Shown here one piece after another: positions 1 to 12,149 of a stretch of 64,000 nt of DNA. The stretch's first letter is position 1. Each line of letters opens with the position of its first letter. The position numbers and the translations under genes were made by a program. Source of the stretch: Phoronis australis. Its lineage: Eukaryota; Animalia; Phoronida. The stretch lies in the NCBI GenBank assembly GCA_002633005.1, contig NMRA01000131.1, forward strand, positions 297,798 through 361,797, given 5' to 3'. Below the pieces are notes generated by a model that saw nothing but the letters and a program-made list of their open reading frames with translations, had not been told where the DNA came from and did not search any database.

Positions 1-1180
1 GCTCTCAATCACTTCACCGATGAACAATCGCATTAAGATAATGAAGATGAAAATCTATCTGACACCAGCGACGAATATTGTTTTGGCGTCGTTGACAATT
101 CAAAGTTGCCCAAAACAACCGTCACAATAACTATGTCCGGTAAAGAGAAACCAGTTGAGGTTCTGATCTACCCGTGTGCTTCAGCAAATTTGATCTCGGA
201 GTCAACATACAGGCAGTGGAAACCACAGTCAACTCTGAGTAAAAGCAAGATAAACTTGTACCCATATGGCTGCAAAGAGCCAATTGCTGTGCTATGCAAA
301 TCTCGAAAAGCGTCCAGACACCGACCACATTTGTCCATGCTACATTTTATGTTGTCAAAGGCGATACCGACAACCTGCTAATACGACACGTGCGTAGACC
401 TAGATCTCGTTCACGTTGCAAATAACCTGTCAGATTCAAAGTCTGAGTACCAGGATGTTTTGGTGGCATCGGGAAACTGAAAGACTACCACGTAAAATTG
501 CACATAGACAAAGATGTAAAACCGCAAGTTCAACCTCACAGACGGATTCCTTTCCATATGCGAAAGAAAGTGAAGAAAGAACTTGAATCATTGGTCGAAC
601 AGGACATTATTGAAAGAGTCCAGAAGAACCGACACCTTGGGTTTCAGATTTAGTTGTGGTCCCAAAATCTGATTCAGACCAGGTTCGTCTATGCAATGAT
701 ATGAGACACGCGAACCAAGCTATAAACGCGTGACTCCTACAATTGATGATATTGTGCACGATTTAAACGACGCATTTGTTTTCTCAAAGTTTGACTTACA
801 AGCTTTTTAACATCAACTAGAACTTCACCCTTATAGTCGTCAAATTAAGACATTCTCGGCAAATGTAGGCCTTATGTGTTACCGAAGGCTGAACTTAGAA
901 GTCTGCTCCGCGGCTGAAATTTTTCAGAATTGCATTGAACAAGTATTACAAGGTCTGAATGGTGCCCGAAATTTCAGCGATGACATTATTTTCTTCAGTA
1001 AAACCAAAAAACGGCATGATGGAGCTGTACTCAACAAGCTTCGAGAAAAAGACCTGAAACTGAATGAGCAATAAAATAAATGCAAATTCGAGCAGTTACT
1101 TTTGTCATTTTATGGACACGTATTTTCTGCAGATGGAATTCTGCCTGACCCAAAAATGGTTGAGAGAATAAAAACTTCAA
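1..1180 (+). mobile_element. Decayed Ty3/Gypsy retrotransposon A, part 1 (protease and reverse transcriptase remnants)
   Basis: Frameshifted pol motifs: protease-like VEVLIYPCASANLI, PHRRIPFHMRKKV, TPWVS..VVVPK, FSKFDL, AEIFQ..IEQVLQGLNGARNFSDDII (YxDD equivalent), FYGHVFSADGILPDPK. Confidence 0.85.
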
Positions 1181-2063
1181 GTTGGTAGTGAGTGATTGAC
1201 TGTGGGTTTGTTTAAAAGGTAACTATGCTTTGAGATTGTGCGTAAGTGGAGAGAGAATAATCAAATCCAGTGTTTAATTTATTATATGATAACCACTAAA
1301 TAGACAACTGAAACCTGTTGTTAATTAAGTAAACAACTACAAAGAAGAGTAACCACGTGAGCTCCCTCTTTAAAGTTTACTTCAATCAATCAACCAAAAT
1401 AATCAAATGTCTTGTATGCTATCCAAGCTGTAGGACTCTCCACTTGTTGGCTGACAGTCCTGTTGGTGAATCTTTGAACTACGCACACTGCCTTGCTGGT
1501 CACAGTCTCTGGTGACGCAACACTTGCCGGCAGTTTCTTCTACCCATCATTCTTCTTGTTGGTCACAGTGTTTGATGACGGAACACTTCAGGCAGTATCT
1601 TACTACTCACGATGCAAGTGACAAGCTCTTAGTTAACTTCCTGTTCGTTAACCCTTGCCCTTGCCAAGATCCTCTTTAGAATCTTCCACGATGGGTCGAC
1701 TGTTGTACAATTTCCTCCGTACACTGTCTTTTGGCTTCAGCTACTATGGCTCATCTGAATTTCCTCTTGATTTTAGTCCAAATTATAATATTGTACTTAT
1801 TTAGCGATTGGCTAATAAAAACCACATGATCATATTCAATCATATCATTGGCTGTTACGATTTGTTCTCAGAAATTTCTAGAATTTCTAGAGTGCTTTCA
1901 CCCCATAACCAAAGTTGTAAACACCATCTAAAATAAGATTTTGACGTTAAAGTACATGTCAACAGGCTTGACCCTATGATTTAAAAGTACATCATGCACA
2001 AATTTTGGGCAACTTAAAATGGATCTATTCTTACTAATTACTCAATCAATACTTATTCTGACA
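1181..2063 (-). mobile_element. Solo LTR inserted antisense into the RT of Gypsy A
   Basis: Interrupts the pol frame, which resumes at 2064 as LPKNVTELKSFLGM. On the minus strand it begins TGTCAGAA and has an AATAAA near its 3' end. Its 3' ~80 bp match 17434-17517, which ends TTCTGACA. Left boundary approximate. Confidence 0.65.
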
Positions 2064-2925
2064 TTGCCGAAAAATGTCACGGAATTGAAAAGTTTCCTAG
2101 GGATGACAACCTATCTGTCCTGATTATGCAACGTTATCACACCCAGTGAGACAGCTGACTAAGCAAGATGTTAGCTGGGATTGTACTGATGAACACAAAT
2201 ACTGCATGAGAAAACTCACTGACTTACTCACAGGTGAACAGTGCATGGCATACTTTGATCCTGATGGGAAAACTGAACTGAATGTTGATGCTAATCCAAC
2301 CGGTCTCTGTGGTATCTTGACACAAAATGCAAAGTTATCAGTTACGGATCAGAGCCGGCACTCACTGATACTTAACAACGTTACAAACACAGACAGAGCG
2401 TGAAGCTCTTGCCATTGTTTGGAGTGTCAAACATTTCCATTTGTACTTATATGGAAATCCATTCACAGTTTAAACCGATCATCAAGTTTTCGAAGGAATC
2501 TGGAAAAATCCTAAATCTAAAGCGACTGCTAGAGTTCACTCGAGTCAAGGTGGGGTCTCGGATTAGAACCACGCAAAATTGTGTACCGACCAGGACTTGG
2601 TAATCCTACTGATTATATCTATCGCGACATCCGCTACCGAATCAAAAATCACCTCGAAAAATACGTGAACTTTATTCTTGACAATACAATTCCGAAAGCT
2701 CTCACAAAAGAAGAAATTGCTGACGCAACCAAAGGAGATGATACGCTCCAATTTTTCATTTACAATATTGTGAATAACACATGGCACAGAAAATCAAATT
2801 CAAATGTTGATGTGAGCACACTGAAATCATTGAAACATGTCAAGGAAGAACTCTCTGTATGCCCTGATAATAATATTGTGTTGCGCGGTGTGAAATTAGT
2901 GATGCCAAAATCTCTACAAGCAATA
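2064..2925 (+). mobile_element. Gypsy A, part 2 (RT thumb, RNase H, pre-integrase region)
   Basis: Motifs LKSFLGM, LRQLTKQDVSWDCT, MAYFDP..TELNVDANPTGLCGILTQ, YRPG..NPTDY, VKEELSV..DNNIVLRGVKLVMPKSLQ. Confidence 0.85.
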
Positions 2926-3919
2926 CGTAAACTAGGTCATCCGCCAGTTTCTATGCGTAAACTAGGTCATCGCTTGTGGACCAGTCAGCGCTTCCACACT
3001 CCGCGTGTACACCCCGGCCAACACGCGATCGAGAACGACCGGAAAGCGATCGAGAACGAAACCGGTTGCGAGAAGCGAAACCAGGCAAGGTGAGTAAATT
3101 TGATGAATTTACGTTGTTTTTACTTCCAGTGTGAAAACAGACATGAGTTCAAGGCGTAACACATTGAGGAAGGACAGGTAGAGGTTTGGGCTGGTGTCTG
3201 TTCCAATTATTGGAGATAAGTTACGTTGAACGAGGTATCGCTTGAGTCAAATGGGATTCGTATGTCATTTTGGCAAATTGCGGTTATTTTTGGCACTAAA
3301 ACAATAAATTGACCATGAAGTTATGAAGAAGTGACTTGTGAAAATATAACACAACGCTTGTTTTTCGTAGTTTTGTCAGGATCTCTGATTTTTCGACACT
3401 TTTCTGTTGAAAGATGCGATCGAGAACGCAAAGATAAGCGATCGGAAACGCAAATTTTTGTTTGTGTATGCGATCGAGAACGCATCGTGGTGTCCCGAAC
3501 AGTTATGAACTGTTTACTTATAAAACGTGAAAAGGGTTACAAAATAAGTGTGGTGCAATGAATTAATCACATTTTGAGTCATTACTGTTACTTTCGTTTC
3601 CAAACTAAACAGTATCACAGCATTACCATTATATTAAAATGAGCGACTACATGTACATCAAGCCCTATTTTAATTATAGATATTTTCACAAATGAATTTA
3701 TTTTCATTTCAGGATACACGTTCACTGTTATTATTGTGAGGCGAGCTTCAACGAACAGATTGATCAGGGCGTGAAAGTACACCCTACCAGGGTTTTGAAA
3801 TACAGACATACTTTTAGACGAAACCAAGTGGAACAAGGGGTTCTAAACTAAGACTTACCTAGCAATTGTTCAATGTGGCGTGTAAGCCAGGAGTAAATAA
3901 ATTGTTGATGCAGTGAAAG

Positions 3920-4226
3920 CAGTGGCGGATTTAGGAGGAGGGGGGTCAAGGGGGCCATGCCCCCTAAATTTCTCCCATATACCATTTGGCAGTCCGGGGT
4001 GCAAATTGCCGACTAGCATTTGCGCCCACCCAAGTGGGCTCGATGAGTTAATGCGCAATAGGCCTTGAACAAACCCCGTGCACCTTTTTTGAGTAATAAG
4101 GTCCACAAACCCAAAAATTCGAGGCCCCTGCATCCTTACATTTTAGGCTGGGCGCGCGCTTGTGGCAAAATTCGACTATTCCTGTGCCCTGCCCCCCCTA
4201 ACTCAAAATCCTGGATCCGCCCCGTG
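3920..4226 (-). mobile_element. MITE (CAG[T/G]GGCGGAT family), 5-bp TSD GAAAG
   Basis: TIRs CAGTGGCGGATT...GATCCGCCCCGTG flanked by GAAAG/GAAAG. Reverse-orientation homologue at 22671-22964 and partial copy at 12771-12895. Confidence 0.8.
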
Positions 4227-4699
4227 GAAAGCGAGTGCCAAATCTTCTTGCAAGATTGTACGCCAGTGAAGTTAAAGAATGATGATGAGCGTGTCTGTGG
4301 GGAGCGAATAGAGTGCGGCAACACCATTCGTGAGGTGATTCAAAGATTACCGCTCATGAACAAAATGACAGAAATAGTTTTAACTGTTTTGCTGAAAAAA
4401 CGGGTGATATTTTGTTGGATGTTTTACTGATATTATCGATACAGAGATGAACAGATTGACTTGTGGCACTTGTGTGGCTTGGATACACAACATTTGTTTG
4501 ACTCTTCTGTTTTGTAGTATTGGTCCTGAGTGCATCTTCAGTTCATGATCTCCAAAAAGGATGAGGCAAGATATAATACACCTACTATATTGTGATTTTC
4601 TCAAAAACGTAGTTAAAATGTTGTCTTTAACATCACTTCAAGACATAATGTAGTGATTACACAGGAAATCAACAACAATATTAAAGCAATTCTATAGTA

Positions 4700-5640
4700 C
4701 AGTGGCGGATCTAGGATATCACCAGGAGGGGGGCCAACATTTTGTCCGGCTGTAAGAATTTGCGTAAACTGAACCACGATTGTAGACGCGCATATCACCG
4801 AATGGGGGGAGGTCGGGAGGGGGGTTTGCCCCCCTCCCGCCCGGGAAATTTTTCTGTTTTTACATGTACCTCTAAAAATCAAGCATTTTCCTTGATTCCT
4901 GAAGTATTATTCACGAAAAAAGGCAAAAAAACGGAAAACGTGTCAAACAGGAAAAACTGCAAGTAGCAAAGACTCGAACTCACGACCTGGCGATTAGTGC
5001 GCGCGTGCGTTGCCACTACACCACCTCGATTTAACTACTAATATCACACTAAGAGACCTACTTGTTTATGGTCCACAGCGTTTGCACGCGAAACCTACTT
5101 CTTTTTGTAATGCTTATTACACTTTTATATTTTGTGCCATCGATTCTTAACAAATTTGTCGTATTTAAAATGGTCTTCAAATGCCAAAAAGACCAAATCC
5201 GTTTTTCGTGTTGGCAATAATGACGGGATTGCTTTGGAAATCGTCTTAAGATAAGGTTTGGCAAAGAGTGTATTGCGAGTTTCTGAGTGATTCACTAAGG
5301 CTTCGATTAAAATTCACATCTTACCAGCAGCTTCTGTTTTTTCATCGTCACTCANNNNNNNNNNNNNNNNNNNNNNNNNNNNNNNNNNNNNNNNNNNNCC
5401 ATAGTTCCGTTACGAATGCGCCGTGTTCCGAATTTGACACTTGAAATTGGATTTGAGCCCCCCCCCCCTCCCCAACACTAAAACTGCACACATTTAAATC
5501 TTTTTTCATCCGTATAATTTTAATTACCGGGGTTAATTAATAAACTCAACATTTCCGCGCGCTCTTACTGTTATATTTTTTGCGGCAGCCAAGGGGGGGG
5601 GGGGGGCGGGCCCCCTGGGCCCCCCCTAAATCCGCCTATG
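4700..5640. mobile_element. Longer CAGTGGCGGAT-type non-autonomous element spanning an N gap; contains a decayed tRNA-like head (4967-5028, minus)
   Basis: Ends CAGTGGCGGATCTAGG...CCTAAATCCGCCTATG, flanks TAGTA/TAATA. Internal minus-strand GGTGTAGTGG (A box) and GAGTTCGAGTC (B box). Confidence 0.55.
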
Positions 5641-7520
5641 TAATATTATTAATCTTTTATCACACATACCTCAAAATTGGTCATACGGAAAAAACATAAA
5701 ACATTGCTTTAGGGAAATCAACTTAACACATCCAGTGTACATTTCCTGCGAATTATTTTGGAGTGTATTAGACTAAATCATCACTGAATCATAGACAATC
5801 TATTTCGGATCGGTTCATAGTATAAAATTCTCTCACAGGGAATGAACAACAATATGAAAACAGTTTCTACAGTATGGCAGACATATAGTTTTCTTTTAAA
5901 GTATTAATTGGTCTTAACAATTGTATGTAAGAATCACCCAATGGCACATAGAGTGACCATTTAAATGTACCCAACCACAACAAAAATGCACTGGTTCTGT
6001 AACTGTTAAAGATGCTACTGAAATAACACAAATAGGAAAAAGGTTCAAAACAAAACGTCAAAATACTATCACACCAGGCAACTACCAACCATAAACTCTG
6101 TAAATCTGAATAAAGTTTCGTGAATTAACAACTTTCACTACTGGACTGAATAATTTTATTCACGGGGATTCTGATTCTCAAGTCTGTAGAAGGAGGCATA
6201 CTCTTTGCATGAAACATTCACAACTTACAACAAGGAGTGTCCTCAGGCTTAATCTTTCTGTGAAACATTGATCGCAGATAGGGCACTCAATCAACTTGGT
6301 TCCTGAGCACTATTGTGTTTTCTTATGCGGTAAAAAAAAACCTTCCCCATGCAAAACTGGGCTGGTAAATGTCTTTCTTGCAGCTAGTGAGTGACAGTGT
6401 TTTATTGTCATGTGGTAATACAAAAAAGGTTTCTTCCTGAACGAAGCTCCACAACATATATGCATACACAGCCCTTTGTCACATGCAGCAGTTGTGGTAC
6501 CGGTACTCTTTTTTGAAGGCGTGTATGTCAACACTCTGAAGAACTCCTCATGCGGCTACAGGTCAACTAAAAAATCAAACACATTTAATCATATTTGTGA
6601 GGCTAAATCTTACACAGAAATCATAAAAAACGGTGAAAGTATAACAAACAATTGACCTGTCAACTAATTCATGGTCGTATTATTCTGAAATTATTGATAT
6701 AACACCGTAACTTGAACAATTATTCAGGAAAATGCACAGAAAAGAACGTGCGTTCACGATCGCATTTTTTTGCGTTCACGATCGCCATGGAGAATTAACA
6801 GCTTCGTTCCCGATCGCCGTCTTACACAAGGACCTGCTTGTATTGGTAGACAGCTCGAATTGTTTCACAAATTATAACTAAAAAAGGTGTCACCAGGGAC
6901 GATTTAACTATAAACGTCACACTTGTCGGAATTGCTAATAACAAGTAGAAATTGACGAGTTTACGAGACGCAAGTCATTTTACCGAGAGCCATTGCATTC
7001 TGCGGTCTCTATTTCAAAAAATAGCAAAAGCCAAGTATTTTTTTCAGATCCACAACAAAGGCTAGCTCTGACGCTTTTCGATGTGTCGCAATGGTACCAA
7101 AGTAGCCTCTATTTAAGAAGAAAATGACACATAAACTCACCGGGTACTTCACTGTCGTCTGCCATTTTTGGTGTAAGGTCTCGTTCTCGATCGCCTTCCG
7201 GGGTGGTGTATAATGGAGAGAAGGACCAGGAAGGTTGTTCTTGATTTTGTGGCGCATAGTAGCCCAAAATTTCCAAAAGTTCAAATAAATTCTGTTTAAA
7301 AGGAAAAACAAAACATATCCTTAAAGATGTCTGGTCAATATCAAGGGTCACCACTCGTAAGCAAGTCAAAGCGATCATTTTTACCAGCTGCCTTATCTTG
7401 CTCTACCTCAGTCGACTAGTTTTTTTGCAATGCAACAGTACAATTCTCATAAATTCAACTTGTGATGACTCCTTTCAATATGAAACCGTGCCCGCAATAC
7501 TCTAAAACAAATTAATATTA

Positions 7521-7768
7521 AAAATGAAATAAAATAATTGCAGGCGGTCTGATACACGTTGTATCAGACGTGCGCAGGCCTCGCACTATGTGGGCTCATT
7601 GCACTGACCACCTGGAAATATTTTTATGCTTTATTAATATATGGTTAAAACCGAGCTGAGGAGCTAGAAACCTGGCTCAAGGGTTTAGCAGTGTGACCTG
7701 GTGGGACTTGAACCCACGACCTCGAGTAAAGAACGCGGGCACTTATCAACCAGGCCACACTGCCTCCT
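7521..7768 (-). mobile_element. tRNA-derived SINE with 13-bp TSD
   Basis: Minus strand has A box TGGCCTGGTTG, B box GGTTCAAGTCC, a CCCTTGAGCCAGG central motif and an AT-rich tail. Perfect direct repeat CAAATTAATATTA at 7508-7520 and 7769-7781. Confidence 0.85.
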
Positions 7769-8489
7769 CAAATTAATATTAGGTACAAAGACATTTTTCT
7801 CTGAAGTGAATCGTATACAGCTCAGGTATTTTTAGTTTTCCTAACATAGTTACTTTGGTTAGTGCCTAATTTTGGCTCCCATAGGTCGGTCAAGGACCAA
7901 TCGCTGCTGCACGCCCTGCTAAAAGCATTGCATTCAAAGTGTTATAATTAAAGCAAACGTTGAGTATACTAGTGTGAATATGATCAGTGATTTAACCAAA
8001 AACTTCGAATTAACTAGACCTACCGATGATAGTCTATGATAAACTAAACTGATATCAAAAGCCAACATTGGAAATTCGACCACCCCATGTTAAATTACAT
8101 TTTTTGTCTAATTTTCTTCAAACTACAGCATTTCAATATTGATTATATTGACATCTTTTGGGTCTATCGGCAACTAACCGCACTTGAAAAGATCGGTCGA
8201 AAATTATCGTTTTCTCATATGCACTTTCGGGTTTTCAGCCGCGATTTCACTGATCGAAGCGACAAAATAACCCGAAACTTTGACCATACCATGTGAAATA
8301 TAAAATTTCTTCCAATTTTGCTGAAACTTGGCCACGTTTTTAATGAAGTGTTTATCGGCAAATATAATTGGTTCATAAATAAGATCCCCAAGCTGTGTTT
8401 TCAGCGAATCCCATGTATCCTTGAGGGGGCTAACTGAATGATTTTCGCGCATGCGCAGTTCACGGTTTCAATATTGCTGGTAATGAGAG

Positions 8490-8709
8490 GGCGCTCATGA
8501 TTGAAGGTCATCAAGGCATGGTGCGTGAGAAAATTTGGTTCCTGATAGTGATAAGCTGGTTGAACATATGATCAGTCAGTGTGAATATTTTGAAGTTGTT
8601 GACAGTAAACAACGATATGTGCCACTGAAAATGTCTGAATTACCTGAGAAAACATGGTCCGAGTAAAGTCTAGATTGTACTGGACCGTTTCCAAATGGTG
8701 ATTACCTGG
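8490..8709 (+). mobile_element. Gypsy A, part 3 (integrase zinc finger and start of core)
   Basis: EGHQGMV..REKIWF..DKLVEHMISQC, then PLKMSELPEKTWSE..LDCTGPFPNGDYL. Confidence 0.8.
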
Positions 8710-10370
8710 GCCCGGTCTTCAATCTCCTTACTCAGACTCGTACTCATGCTCCAGATTTCATACTCAAAATCGTGCTCATTGGAGTCGTACTCAAAAAACA
8801 GTGTTTAATGTCTCATTTCGAGTACACTCCAAACGTACTGAGATCTGAGAATCGTACTGGAGTTGCTATGGAACTCTTTATGATGTGAAATGCAAAACCA
8901 CGCAAAGTCGCGCTGATTCAGCGCTCCCTGTTCGCATAGACTACCCTAACAACTACATTATCGACTGCTGTCGCTACAAGAGTATAACATGGAATGGTGG
9001 GTGTTTTGTAACTGTTATTCATTTTTTTCAGTTTCAATACAATAAAGTTATGCCATTTCTTGATACATTTGCCAATTATTAAGCTTTACTTCTTGAGTTC
9101 CTTATCTCCTGAAAATGTCTTAGAAATTTGTAACAGCTTATCACATCAAAGAAAGTCAGTCGACCGCAGAGGAGCAGCCACAATGTCAGTGTCTGATTTA
9201 GCCAGGGGGCAAAATGAGTTCATTTTCCCCTACACTCAACACATTTACTCCTAGAATTGACATGGTTACACCAACTATTGAAATTTTCTTTCTCAGTGAT
9301 ACATGCAGTGGGCCGGTGACTCCAGGCCTGGCGATCAGGCACCAAATCACAGGCCTGCAAGATTCATTTTTAGAGAGAGTTCGAATTGCACATTTTCTTT
9401 CACGGGAGGTAGAATTTCAAAAGTTTGTACCTTAATTGCCAGCGGAGGCGTTCTTCTCTTGTAAGTCGGTTGTCCACGTCAGCCGAAACTCCAGTCGACA
9501 GTTTTGGGCCGCAATTGTTTGGTTCCTGGTCAGCCCCTTTTCTGTCTTGGTAATTTAGTCTTTACATAGAACTCATTGCCGTGTAGGCCTACGTTGATGT
9601 CAAAACTTTGATACGGTATCTTTGCATTTTACTGGGATGTATAAAGTTAGCTTACATTTGGCGCGTGAGTTAAAAAAATACATGTACAGCCATCCAAATT
9701 TCATCAGCGAACGGGACGAGACGTCTACTTATAAATGAGCAAACAAAATCTGGCATATCATTCGGGGATTGAGAATTATCGATGACTAAACTATGATGTG
9801 AAATGTACCTGACAGGGAAGCAAACTGGTTTTTCAACTTTTCTCGTCTTTAGGAGATCGTACAAACCGTTGCACACGCACTTCAGTCAGGGCAACCCCCT
9901 CCGCACTGCTGCTTTTGACACTTGTTATGATTCGTCGACATGGAATTGGGAATCGTAGTAAGGACATTAAAAATTGGCGGCAATGAAGTGCTGTGATACG
10001 GTGGGTTAAGATGAAGAAGATTTTACAAAATGAAAATTATTGTCTTAAGCGCTGAAATGTTTTATGAGGACTTAAATTTCCAAAGATTTGGTGTTTCACT
10101 GTTTTTTTGATTTTTTCATCTTTCAGTCGTGGAATAATTTGTCTGTGTCTCACATCCGCCGTATTTATTTTCGAGTAGGATTTCAAGCACACTGCCAAAC
10201 CAAAGTTGAAATTTGGAGCATGTACTCGGAATTTTTACTCAAAATCGTACTCGAAATATAAATGAAATGCACTTCATTTCGAGTATACTCGAAAATTGAG
10301 TACGTGCTCGAAATTTAGAGTACACATTTTCGAGTATGACATTGAATACACCAAAGCTTTTCCAGACACT
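8708..10370. mobile_element. Non-autonomous DNA element with arrays of GTACTCG/CGAGTAY subterminal motifs (Harbinger-like start GGGCCCGGTCTTCAAT)
   Basis: Motif arrays at 8728-8860 and 10220-10360; the right-hand array is duplicated at 12971-13148. Superfamily is tentative. Confidence 0.45.
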
Positions 10371-10700
10371 CGAACAATAGCCTACCCCCAACGTTTACAA
10401 AAAATATTAAGTGAAATCCCGCAGTCGTACAAGAGTTAAGGAAGTGCGCGTGAGGAGCTCTTGCGACAGGCTTTGGAGCGTGAAGAGCGTACCCTTAAAC
10501 GCGAACTGGAACAGGCAGAGCGTGCCCATAAACAAGAACTGGAAAAGGCAGAGCTTGCACGGAAAGAAGCAGAGAGTGCCCATAAACAAGAGCAGGAAAA
10601 GGCAGAGCCTGCACGCTAACAGGCAAAGCTTGCGCGGGAACAAGCAGAGCGGACCCGAGCTATTGAGATTGAGAAGCAATGTGCGTACTTACAGTGATGT

Positions 10701-12149
10701 TATCTGCCTCCATAGTTGTCAGGGTTCTATGCAGTCTGACGTCTTGTCGCCCCTTCTTCGCAACAGCTAAACCAGGATTCTCTTCTGCCCGCCGTACACT
10801 AACTAGTTGGTGGTGTAGCTTGGTGTCGTAAGATGGCATCCAGCTTCCTCGGCTCGTTTCTACCCTAAACCATAACGGTCTCCACTGGTGGGTCCACAGT
10901 GGCGGCCAACCCACTGTGCATCAGTGAGGCCTCCAACTTCCTTCATTCCGACGGTACCACAGCCAACAAGATGTCCTCTCAGCTGTCTCGCCCAGTCTTC
11001 TCACTGCAGCTTTCTTCCTTCCCGTCGCACACCAAGCTTCTCCAGCAACCACCATACAGAGCTTGCAGGGAATCCTCTACATCCCACCTCTACAGGAAAC
11101 AACCAAGTTCGCCAGCCTCGAGCTCTGCATGTCTCCGCCAGCTCGCTATACTTAGATAGTTTCCTCTCATGGGCCTCTTCGCATCCTTCCTCCCAAGGCA
11201 CCGTAAGCTCTATAATCACTATAAATTGATGAATGTCCGACCACAGAATGATGTCAGGCCGCAGTGATGTTTCCACAATACTCGGGAACACAAGCTTTCT
11301 TCCCAGATTTGCTCTCATTTCCCAGCTTACTCCATCCAGGATGCAAGGCTGCTGACGTGACTTCTACCGTATCTCACCTTCCCTGACGAATTGTATGTGC
11401 TGTCTGCTTGCCCTAGGCTGAGTTACTCTTGTCTTACGCTCTCCATCTATGATGTCTGCAAGGGTCTTCAGTACTTGGTCGTGACGCCATCTGTATCGGC
11501 TCTGCTGCAGTGCCATCTTGCACCCTGATAAGATGTGGGCCAATGTACCTCTTCCTCCACACAACTGGCAGGCTGGGTCATCCACTAGGCCCCAGCGAAG
11601 AGGGTTTGCAGGCGATGGTAACACGAACCTAGCGAAGTAAAAACTGGACACGCATCGGCTCCATACTCCAAACGTCTGCCCACAATATTTTCCTCTCTGG
11701 AAGATTCCACCTGGTCCATGCTCCTTGCTGGCTTAGTTGGACTGCCTTGGCTTTACGGGCTTCCTCCTCTGCTGCTCTCACCTCAGCTTGGACCATCTCC
11801 CTCCGCTGCCTCTCACTCGCTTTCTTCCACTGTTGGAACTGGGATGTTCCCAACCCCTGGCGTCCTACGCAGGTGCTACCAATTATATCTCTGATCTGTA
11901 ACAAACTCTCCGCCTGACTCACAGATGTGTCTGCTGACCACCGTCTCTCTGATCTTGTCACAACACCAGTATCCCTCACCTTTGGATCTCTAGAGTCACG
12001 TAATGTGAGAACCAGCCTGCACTTTCCTACTTTAAACTCCTCCGTGATGGACGCTAGAGGCAGCTGAAACTCTGCTATAAAGGCCAATCTGTGAAGACAT
12101 TGCAATACCAGATTGAGTTCAAAGCGGCATCTTGTTGTGGGGCTGTAAG
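10701..12149 (-). mobile_element. 5'-truncated non-LTR retrotransposon with restriction-like endonuclease (HERO-like), 9-bp TSD
   Basis: Zinc knuckle CQLCGGRGTLAHILSGC..RWRHDQVL and RLE motifs RPDIILWS..IIELTVPWEE..KLSKY..FPVEVGCRGF. Direct repeat CAGTGATGT at 10692-10700 and 12150-12158. Confidence 0.85.

Larger units (their letters stand above)
2926..7330. mobile_element. Composite insertion block splitting Gypsy A; probable non-autonomous DNA element with inverted subterminal GCGATCGAGAACG motifs
   Basis: GCGATCGAGAACG motifs at 3026-3482 recur reverse-complemented (CGTTC[T/A/C]CGATCGC) at 6751-7195. Boundaries approximate; contains younger MITEs. Confidence 0.4.

Noticed and set aside
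6310-6560. C2H2-like peptide ICCGASFRKKPFLYYHMTIKH
   Set aside because: Isolated, frameshifted and inside a repeat block; not enough to call a gene.
7693-7764. Possible tRNA gene (also 4967-5028)
   Set aside because: A and B boxes are present but the acceptor and anticodon stems do not pair; these are SINE-type heads.
10815-10875. Hammerhead-like GAAAC...CTTACGA in the HERO 3' UTR (minus)
   Set aside because: Core box mismatched and stems I and III could not be paired.
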